Shown here in pieces: positions 57,289 to 64,000 of a stretch of DNA of 64,000 nucleotides. The notes under the pieces are model-generated. The model searched no databases, was not told the DNA's origin, and saw only the letters and a program-made list of their open reading frames with translations. Made by a program: the position numbers and the translations under genes. The DNA is from Clostridia bacterium (GTDB lineage: Bacteria > Bacillota > Clostridia > Oscillospirales > Acutalibacteraceae), in the NCBI GenBank assembly GCA_030527615.1, contig JAUNAM010000001.1:25244-89243 (forward strand), in the 5' to 3' direction. The first letter of the stretch is position 1. Every line of letters starts with the position of its first letter.

Positions 57289-58200
57289 ATGGCAGGTAAA
57301 CATTCAAAATCTTTTTTAGAATCATTAAGAGAAAACCACACAAAATCAACACGCACTCCAAAAGCAAAAAAATACAAAATGGCGTGGCCGTTTAAGGTGT
57401 TGATAGCCTTGTTTTTGGTGGTTTTGGTGGCGTCGTCAAGTTTAATAGCGGCATTTTTTGTTGAAGGTAAAATGAATCAAAATGTGCTGGACGAATCGGC
57501 GAGGTTGTTTAAGTTTAACGGCAGTGAAGATGCGCTTGAAACGTTGGCAAATCAAAACAACGATATAAAAGGTTGGCTTAAAATTTCGGGCACTGATGTT
57601 AATAATGCGGTTTGTCAAAGCGACGATAATATTTATTATACAAATCATAACCAAAACAATCAAAAAAGTCGTTACGGTGCGCTGTTTTTATCGCATAATG
57701 ATAAATTTAACCGTAAGGACGACCAAAACATTGTAATTTACGGCAATAATATGCGTGACGGCTCAATGTTTGGTTCTTTAAAAAAATACCGCAATATCAA
57801 TTTTTATAAAAAAAATCCGATAATTGAACTTTACTATGGCAAAGAAAGCGAAAATTATATTATCTTTTCGGTTATGCTTATTTCAAACGTTAAGGATGAT
57901 AAGGGCGTATTTAGTCCGTCAAAAAGTTTTTTTGCAAATGAAGAGCATTTTAAAAAATGGTATAACGAGGCTTGCCACAGAAGTCTTATAACTGCAAACA
58001 TCGAAGCAGATTATAAGGATGATTTTTTAACACTTGTTACTACGGCTGACGATTTTGAAGGTGCAAGATTTATAGTTATGGCTAAAAAAATCGACAATGA
58101 TAAAGTGGACGAAATTGACACATCGTCGGCAGTGGTTAATTCGGATATTAAATATCCGAAAATATGGTATGACACAAAAGGACTTAAATATCCTTATTAA
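57289..58200 (+). CDS. Class B sortase-like protein lacking the catalytic His and Cys (predicted inactive)
   Basis: N-terminal TM helix. DIKGWLKISGTDVNNAV and NIVIYGNNMRDGSMFGSL align to S. aureus SrtB DIVGWIKLSGTSLNYPV and TILYGHHVGDNTMF. FLTLVTTAD aligns to MTLSTCED. The Arg is retained (GARFIVMAK versus KRIVVVAK). Confidence 0.75.
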   Translation: MAGKHSKSFLESLRENHTKSTRTPKAKKYKMAWPFKVLIALFLVVLVASSSLIAAFFVEGKMNQNVLDESARLFKFNGSEDALETLANQNNDIKGWLKISGTDVNNAVCQSDDNIYYTNHNQNNQKSRYGALFLSHNDKFNRKDDQNIVIYGNNMRDGSMFGSLKKYRNINFYKKNPIIELYYGKESENYIIFSVMLISNVKDDKGVFSPSKSFFANEEHFKKWYNEACHRSLITANIEADYKDDFLTLVTTADDFEGARFIVMAKKIDNDKVDEIDTSSAVVNSDIKYPKIWYDTKGLKYPY

Positions 58201-58224
58201 TAATCGTTTAGAGAGGGAATGAAA

Positions 58225-59244
58225 ATGGCAGAAAATTTAAGGGTAGATTTAATTTATCATAGAATGGCATCAGATTTTGAAATGGAGTTTAATCTTGGCG
58301 GTTGTTGTCGAATGAGATTATTAAACGACAAAACAACCGATGCTAAAGGTTTTATTAAAGCATTGGCTCGCGGTGTAGAGCGAAGCCGTGTGATAATAGG
58401 ATGCGGTCCGTTATTTGGCACGGATAGTATCATAAAACTTGTAGGTGCGGCAATCGGCTGCGGCACAACCGTTTGTGACAATAAAACTTACGGTATAAAC
58501 GGCGACGATGAAATAAAGATTATAAAGGGTTCAACACCGCTTGTTACACCCGACGGTTATTTTGGCGGTTGTATAATAGAAAGCGGACCCCAAACTATGA
58601 TTTTGCTTACCGAAAATAAAGCATTTAGAAAATCCATAATGCAAACACTTATTCATCCTTATATGGAGGAAATAAGCTACATACCAACCAAAAAGATTTT
58701 TGCGGATGTTCCTACTGTACAGGAACCAACCGTTTCAGAACCCCTGCCCGAGGTTGCTTTAGCGGACGAAGGATATCTAACAGAGCCTGATGAAAACTAT
58801 GAACTTGAACTCAGTGAGGATATGTTTGATACCCCTGCACCCTCAACACAAGAGCATAATATTGACTTTGTAATGGATTCACCTGAAGAACCTCAGGCAG
58901 AAATTCAACCCGAACACGAGCTTATGCTTGATGATATTTATAAAATGTATACCGAGGTTGAAACACCTGAAGAGATTGAAGAGCGTTACAAAAACCCATA
59001 CACCCCCTCCGAAAGCGATAATATGTATCTTGCAGATCCCGATTATGATGATTATGACGATGAATATGAAAAGAATTCTCGTTCGTTTGGCATTACAATC
59101 ATAGTTTTAATAGTGCTGATTTTGTTAATGAGCTTGGCAATAATTTATTTGTTGTTCATTAAACCTATGTCAATGGGAATCAGCACCGGCGATTATTTAA
59201 AGCAGATGTTTGGTATGGTGTCTGCCGTGCGGTATTTGTTATAA
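58225..59244 (+). CDS. Hypothetical tail-anchored membrane protein with an acidic linker
   Basis: The N-terminal globular domain of about 160 aa resembles CinA/MoCF-type folds only weakly. The Asp/Glu/Pro-rich linker includes DPDYDDYDDEYE. C-terminal TM segment ITIIVLIVLILLMSLAIIYLLFI. RBS gagaggg favours ATG 58225. Confidence 0.55.
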   Translation: MAENLRVDLIYHRMASDFEMEFNLGGCCRMRLLNDKTTDAKGFIKALARGVERSRVIIGCGPLFGTDSIIKLVGAAIGCGTTVCDNKTYGINGDDEIKIIKGSTPLVTPDGYFGGCIIESGPQTMILLTENKAFRKSIMQTLIHPYMEEISYIPTKKIFADVPTVQEPTVSEPLPEVALADEGYLTEPDENYELELSEDMFDTPAPSTQEHNIDFVMDSPEEPQAEIQPEHELMLDDIYKMYTEVETPEEIEERYKNPYTPSESDNMYLADPDYDDYDDEYEKNSRSFGITIIVLIVLILLMSLAIIYLLFIKPMSMGISTGDYLKQMFGMVSAVRYLL

Positions 59245-59354
59245 TAAATTAAATTTTAAACCGAGTCTTAACAAAAGGCTCGGTTTTTTATTATATTTAT
59301 ACTGTGTATATCATAAAATATAATAATACAACTTTTTTAAAGGGTGATGTTATT

Positions 59355-59882
59355 GTGAAAAAAACTGCGCAGGATTATGCCGATGAGCTGCTTAAGCTGT
59401 ATAGAGAAAAGGGAAGCAAGCAAGAAGCGGTACAACAACCGCAAACCAAGGCTGTGCCCACCGTGGCACCTGCCGAGATGCCTCCTGAGGTTTTAGACGG
59501 CAGCGGCGGACTGCTTGTAAACGTGACAACACTTCGTGGGCTTTACCCTGTAGAGGGTGCGTTAGTGACGGTCTTTACGGGTACGCGTGACAATATGCAG
59601 ATTGTTGAGATAGACACCACAGACCAAAGCGGCAAGAGCAAAACTTTTGCGTTTTCAGCGCCTCCCCGTGCCGAATCACAGCAAGAAAGCAGCAATAAAA
59701 CGCCCTATTCAAGCTATAATGTTTCGGTGCGGTCTGACGGATTTATAGAGCAGGTCGCTATGAATGTGCCGATTTTTTCGGGTGTTGTGTCAATGCAAAG
59801 CATTGATTTGGTAAAAAACACCGTTGCAGGAAAAAACACCGAGCCGCAAATTATTGAGGGCGGCACAAACTATAATTTATAA
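59355..59882 (+). CDS. SleC N-terminal (pre/pro-region)-like protein encoded as a separate ORF
   Basis: GTG 59355 after RBS aaagggtga. LLVNVTTLRGLYPVEGALVTVF...TTDQSGKSKTF...TPYSSYNVSVRSDGF resembles the N-terminal domain of clostridial SleC as I recall it. Confidence 0.55.
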   Translation: MKKTAQDYADELLKLYREKGSKQEAVQQPQTKAVPTVAPAEMPPEVLDGSGGLLVNVTTLRGLYPVEGALVTVFTGTRDNMQIVEIDTTDQSGKSKTFAFSAPPRAESQQESSNKTPYSSYNVSVRSDGFIEQVAMNVPIFSGVVSMQSIDLVKNTVAGKNTEPQIIEGGTNYNL

Positions 59883-59892
59883 GGGGGGATTT

Positions 59893-61260
59893 GTGGTGGC
59901 TGAAGCCTTGCTTCCCGTAATTCCGCAAAACATAACGGTGCATTTGGGCGCACCGTCGCAAGGGGCAGAGAATGTTACGGTAAACTTTGTAGACTATATA
60001 AAAAATGTCGCTTCAAGTGAGATTTATCCCACTTGGCCCGAGGCGGCACTGCGTGCCAATATTTACGCTATTATAAGCTATGCTTTAAACCGCATTTATA
60101 CCGAATGGTACCCCTCACGTGGCTATAATTTTGATATTACCAACTCAACCGCCGTTGATCAAGCCTTTGTGCCTGACCGAGAAATATATGAAAACATAAG
60201 CCTCATAGTTGATGATATTTTTAATGATTACGTCGTACGGCAAGGTGAGGTGCAACCGCTGTTTACACAGTTTTGCAACGGCACCACCTCGACCTGTGCG
60301 GGGTTATCTCAATGGGGCACGGTGGGGCTTGCCAATGACGGATTTACCCCCTATCAAATACTTCAAAATTATTACGGGGAGAATATCGGCATTGTTGAAA
60401 ACGCCCCTGTTGCCGATGTTGAAAACTCTTACCCCGGTGTGCCGCTCAAGATAGGCGATGCGGGTAATAATGTCAAGATAATTCAAACACAACTAAACCG
60501 CATATCCGACAATTACCCCGCCATACCCAAAATTGACGAGCTAAACGGTGTTTTTGGTGTTGATACCGAAAATGCGGTACGCAAATTTCAGCAAATATTT
60601 GACCTGCAGCCTACGGGTGAGGTGGATAAATCCACTTGGTATAAAATTAAGCAGTATTATGTTGGTGTAAAACAATTGTCCGATTTGGTGGGGGAGGGTA
60701 TTACCCTCTCGGAAGTGCAGGTTCCCTTTTCAAATCGACTGCAAGAGGGCAATCAGGGTGTTGGGGTTAAAACCGTGCAGTATTACCTTAATATTCTTGC
60801 CTATTTTAATCCGGCACTTATGATGGTGCCGCTAAACGGAATTTTCGGGGCAGAAACCACGGCGGCTGTGCGCACCTTTCAAGCCTTTTACGGCCTGCCG
60901 GTGACGGGCATAGTGGGCATAAACACCTGGAATACTATGAACAGAATTTATACCGAAACGGTAGAAAATTTACGTGAAGGCTATTCGGGTAATCGCGGCA
61001 AGCTGTACCCCGGTTATTTTTTAAGTGAGGGTATGTCAGGGCAAGCGGTGAGAGATTTGCAGACATATTTATCACTAATAGGCAAAAATTATAATGATAT
61101 ACCCACAATACCCGTAACGGGTTATTTTGGCGAGCAAACCCGTGCTGCGGTTATCGCCTTTCAAAACGCCTTTGGCCTTGACCCCAGCGGCACGGTGGGA
61201 CCTATTACTTGGAACACCATAGTGCAGCAGTATGATTTTTTAATTGGTGAACAGAATTGA
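59893..61260 (+). CDS. sleC: SleC-like spore cortex-lytic enzyme core with three PG_binding_1 repeats
   Basis: FVDYIKNVASSEIYPTWPEAALRANIYAIISYALNRIYTEWY closely matches the SleC catalytic region as I recall it. Three repeats of the G..V..(I/L)Q..LN...Y...P...G.FG..T..AV..FQ type. GTG 59893 follows RBS aagggggga. Confidence 0.7.
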   Translation: MVAEALLPVIPQNITVHLGAPSQGAENVTVNFVDYIKNVASSEIYPTWPEAALRANIYAIISYALNRIYTEWYPSRGYNFDITNSTAVDQAFVPDREIYENISLIVDDIFNDYVVRQGEVQPLFTQFCNGTTSTCAGLSQWGTVGLANDGFTPYQILQNYYGENIGIVENAPVADVENSYPGVPLKIGDAGNNVKIIQTQLNRISDNYPAIPKIDELNGVFGVDTENAVRKFQQIFDLQPTGEVDKSTWYKIKQYYVGVKQLSDLVGEGITLSEVQVPFSNRLQEGNQGVGVKTVQYYLNILAYFNPALMMVPLNGIFGAETTAAVRTFQAFYGLPVTGIVGINTWNTMNRIYTETVENLREGYSGNRGKLYPGYFLSEGMSGQAVRDLQTYLSLIGKNYNDIPTIPVTGYFGEQTRAAVIAFQNAFGLDPSGTVGPITWNTIVQQYDFLIGEQN

Positions 61261-61320
61261 TTAAATGAAGTGTCCCCAGGCACATCGCGGAACGCTTCGC
61301 TTAATTTATAAATCAAAAAA

Positions 61321-61351
61321 AGCAAGGAACAATTTTATGTCGTTCCTTGCT
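61321..61351. terminator. Bidirectional terminator shared by the convergent sleC-like and fic genes
   Basis: agcaaggaac, an 11-nt loop, then gttccttgct, flanked by an A7 run and T-rich sequence. The fic stop codon lies in the loop. Confidence 0.65.
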
Positions 61352-61934
61352 TTATATTTTCTTTAAATATCTGTTTTAACATATCGGTCACACCGTTAGC
61401 TGAATTTATGGTTGCTATCATAAGCTCATCAAGGTCAATTTCGGAAAAATCAATGTCGTAACCACAATATCTTATAAGCTGTATTATAAAAATTCTTTGT
61501 GTTCTGCCGTTGCCTTCACGAAATGGGTGCAGCATATTTGTTGTGCAGTAAAAATCAACGATGCTTTCTATAAAATCATTAAACTCAAGCTCTTTGAAAT
61601 AGTTTTCGTTTTTCAGTCGGCCAAAGCACATATTTGCAATCTTTTCAATCTCTGAACAATCAACAAAGCCTGTGCCTTTCTTTGAAATATTTACAGTTCT
61701 TATTTTTCCTGCCCAATCATACAAGTCGGAAAATAAATATTCGTGAATTGCTTTATAATGGTTAAAATCAAAATTCCCGTTGATAGGATTTGCTTCTAGT
61801 TGAGATGCTTTGGCAAAGGTTATGTCCGCTTCAATTTGCGCAAGTGTGTTTTCGTCGGTAATTCCAAGCTTATTTATAAGGCAGGTCGTACCATTGTAGC
61901 AATCACTTGTCGTAGAATTTATACTATAGCCCAT
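61335..61934 (-). CDS. fic: Fic-domain toxin (class I, FicT/VbhT-like AMP transferase)
   Basis: Canonical Fic motif HPFREGNGRTQR. 199 aa. The start overlaps the antitoxin stop (TAATG). Confidence 0.88.
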   Translation of the reverse strand: MGYSINSTTSDCYNGTTCLINKLGITDENTLAQIEADITFAKASQLEANPINGNFDFNHYKAIHEYLFSDLYDWAGKIRTVNISKKGTGFVDCSEIEKIANMCFGRLKNENYFKELEFNDFIESIVDFYCTTNMLHPFREGNGRTQRIFIIQLIRYCGYDIDFSEIDLDELMIATINSANGVTDMLKQIFKENIKQGTT

Positions 61935-62107
61935 TATGCGCTAACTCCGGCTTTTTGTTTTGCAAGGTCAATATACTCTTGCATAGTAATTTCACCGTTT
62001 AACAGCTTGCGGCACCAAGCTTTTGCTTGTTCATCAATGGAATAACCTTCAATTTTTAAAGAAGCGGAGGCGTTTTTTATTGATTTTTCAATTGTTTTTT
62101 CGCTCAT
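61934..62107 (-). CDS. VbhA/FicA-type antitoxin
   Basis: 57 aa from ATG 62107 (RBS gggagg). Contains the inhibitory (S/T)xxxE(G/N) motif as SLKIEG. Translationally coupled to fic. Confidence 0.8.
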   Translation of the reverse strand: MSEKTIEKSIKNASASLKIEGYSIDEQAKAWCRKLLNGEITMQEYIDLAKQKAGVSA

Positions 62108-62425
62108 ATTAAAACCTCCCATGATTTCTTAAGTGTATTTTATCATAATTTTTTATAAATATCAATCTAAATGTTCAAACAGTGATTTATAGTATTACAC
62201 ATAATACAAAATAGTACACCGCACTTGATGTAACAGTCAAGTACGGTGTTATTGTAATCGGCGTTAGCGTTTCTTAATATGCCGAAAAGCATGCTTCATT
62301 AGCCGAAGGCGTATTCATAACGAAGCGACTTAAAGTTTGCGCAATCGAACACTTAATTTTACAATAACACATAAAATCACCTTTGTCGTCAATAATAAAT
62401 CCGATAAACAAAATAGGGTGATTAT

Positions 62426-63910
62426 ATGAGTGGCAGTGTAACCGATTACAGCAATGTTTATTTAAGCAAGGATTTAGATAAAAATGTTGCACTTTTAAAG
62501 GGAATTTTAAGTCGCGATGCAATTCTTCGTGTGCGAGAGGTATATGTAGGCGGCAGCAATATACGATGTGTACTGTTTTATATGGACGGCATGGTAAATT
62601 CACACCAAATTGGTGAAACGGTGGTTCAGTCGATAGTAAAGTGCAATGCTGCAAGTGATGCCCAAATAACCCCTGACTATATTGAAAAAAACATTTTGTT
62701 TGCTGACGATGTCGGTCAAAAGCAAACGGTAAGCGATATACTGCGTGCAATACTTTACGGCGATACTGTAATACTTACCCAAAACAGCACTACGGCACTT
62801 GTTGTTAACACAAAGGGTTGGAAAACACGGGGAATCAGCGAGCCCGAGGGCGAGCGTGTACTGCAAGGGCCTCGCGAAGGCTTTGCCGAGTCGGCTATGA
62901 CCAATGTATCGCTGCTTCGCCGCAAGCTTGTCACCCCCGACCTTTGTGTAGAAATGCTAAACATCGGCCGCCGCACCGATACAAAGGTGTTTGTGTGCTA
63001 TCTTGGTACACTTGCCGACTCAAAAACGGTAAACAATCTGAAAAAACAACTTAAAAAAATAGATATAGACGGAATACTTGACAGCAACTATATTGCCGAA
63101 AGCATACGCGGCAGCCGTTTAGGCGTGCTTAAAACCATCGGCTCGACCGAGCGCCCCGATGTTGTGGCGGCACGCCTGCTTGAAGGTCGCATTGCTGTGA
63201 TAGTAGACGGCACACCGGCGGTGCTTACCTTGCCTTATTTATTTTCCGAAAATTTTCAGTCAGATGAAGATTATTATATTAATTTTTGGGTAGCGTCTTT
63301 GGGGCGTGCGCTTCGATGGCTTAGTTTTTTTATATCGGTCAGCGTACCGGGGGTTTTTGTGGCACTTACCACACATCATTTCGAGCTTTTGCCCACGCAT
63401 TTTGCACTTACGGTATCTCGCCTTCGAGAGGGCGTGCCGATTGCCACCGTGGCAGAGTGCATGGCGCTTATTTTTGCCTTTGAAATACTAAAAGAGGCAG
63501 GGCTTCGCAGTCCTGAAAATTTAGGGCACGCATTAAATGTGGTGGGTGCCTTGGTTGTGGGACAAGCCGCCGTAGAGGCGGGTATTATAAGCGCACCAAT
63601 GCTGATTGCGGTAGCCTTCAGTGCCATTGCGGGTCTTATGGTGCCGCGACTTTCGGCGGCAGTTTTTTATCTGCGAATTATAAATGTTATTGTCTGTGCT
63701 GCGTTTGGACTTTACGGATATTTTATAGTATCGTCGCTCTTTGTGCTGAGGGTGTTTAGCATAAAATCGTTTGGCGTTGACTATACCACATCTTTTGCAA
63801 AGCCTGATTTTTGGCATTTAAAGGATAGCTTTATACGCGCCGGCTGGAATTTTATGAAAACCCGACCTGACTTTAACTTTAATCTTATAAGAAGAAGGGA
63901 TAAAAAATGA
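62426..63910 (+). CDS. gerKA: Spore germinant receptor A subunit (GerA/GerKA family)
   Basis: 494 aa. Soluble N-terminal domain (RVREVYVGG...VLFYMDGMV, GPREGFAES) followed by 5 C-terminal TM helices. Confidence 0.88.
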   Translation: MSGSVTDYSNVYLSKDLDKNVALLKGILSRDAILRVREVYVGGSNIRCVLFYMDGMVNSHQIGETVVQSIVKCNAASDAQITPDYIEKNILFADDVGQKQTVSDILRAILYGDTVILTQNSTTALVVNTKGWKTRGISEPEGERVLQGPREGFAESAMTNVSLLRRKLVTPDLCVEMLNIGRRTDTKVFVCYLGTLADSKTVNNLKKQLKKIDIDGILDSNYIAESIRGSRLGVLKTIGSTERPDVVAARLLEGRIAVIVDGTPAVLTLPYLFSENFQSDEDYYINFWVASLGRALRWLSFFISVSVPGVFVALTTHHFELLPTHFALTVSRLREGVPIATVAECMALIFAFEILKEAGLRSPENLGHALNVVGALVVGQAAVEAGIISAPMLIAVAFSAIAGLMVPRLSAAVFYLRIINVIVCAAFGLYGYFIVSSLFVLRVFSIKSFGVDYTTSFAKPDFWHLKDSFIRAGWNFMKTRPDFNFNLIRRRDKK

Positions 63911-64000
63911 AAAAAATAATATTATCCCTTGTTTGTGTCGGCTTGCTTTGCGGTTGTTCGGGCTACAAGGAAATAAACAACGGCTTTTTGGTAACATCGG
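63907..64000 (+). CDS. gerKC: Spore germinant receptor C subunit lipoprotein (GerAC/GerKC family), 3'-truncated by the window edge
   Basis: MKKIILSLVCVGLLCGCSGYKEINN has a lipobox and the typical GerAC start. ATGA overlap with the A-subunit stop. Confidence 0.7.
   Translation, partial: MKKIILSLVCVGLLCGCSGYKEINNGFLVTS

Noticed and set aside
59824-59892. Longer 5' extension of the SleC-like ORF (ATG 59824), which overlaps the upstream ORF by 59 nt
   Set aside because: The extension (MQEKTPSRKLLRAAQTIIYKGGF) has no RBS and does not resemble SleC. GTG 59893 has a strong RBS and coincides with the start of the conserved region.
62274-62750. 158-aa minus-strand ORF overlapping the gerKA start region
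   Set aside because: Its composition is His/Cys/Leu-rich and of low plausibility. It has no RBS. It is antisense to a strongly supported GerA-family gene.

Overview
This is a chromosomal window of mostly core genes from a spore-forming Firmicute. It looks Clostridia-like: it has spoIIE, a GerA-type receptor, SleB-like and SleC-like cortex hydrolases, a BspA-type LRR protein with cell-wall-binding repeats, and an SPKTG sorting signal. Layout: 0-1.6 kb is the 3' part of a sortase-anchored pilin-like gene, followed by nadE-luxS. 3-11 kb on the minus strand carries engB, lon, a lipoprotein, pncB, argS, DUF1934 and murI. 11.2-15.4 kb carries rplU-prp-rpmA, a Zn-ribbon/DUF2007 gene, obg, mrnC and a YitT-family gene. 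15.8-18.8 kb is a 1002-aa LRR surface protein, followed by about 1.3 kb with no ORF. 20.1-35.6 kb is a complete, canonical S10-spc-alpha ribosomal super-operon (rpsJ to rplQ, including secY, adk, map, infA, rpmJ and rpoA). After it come a 929-aa Cys/His-rich surface protein, two chrA halves, secA, apbE, a NusG_II/Gx-transporter pair, asnB, an SGNH hydrolase, an ABC exporter, spoIIE, sleB-like, galT, a DUF3048 lipoprotein, nifZ-thiI, a sortase-B-like gene lacking catalytic His and Cys, a SleC-like enzyme encoded as two ORFs, a Fic/VbhA-type toxin-antitoxin pair, and the start of a gerKA-gerKC-like germinant receptor operon. I found no rRNA or tRNA genes, CRISPR array, transposase, prophage or recognisable multi-gene defence system. 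The most unusual material is non-coding. A family of short hairpin modules with compensatory stem changes (REP/BIME-like), heptamer and 9-mer repeats, and a closed multi-hairpin domain fill the intergenic DNA on both sides of the LRR gene and upstream of the S10 promoter. All functional calls rest on my reading of the translated ORFs and on motifs I recognise. No database search was run.
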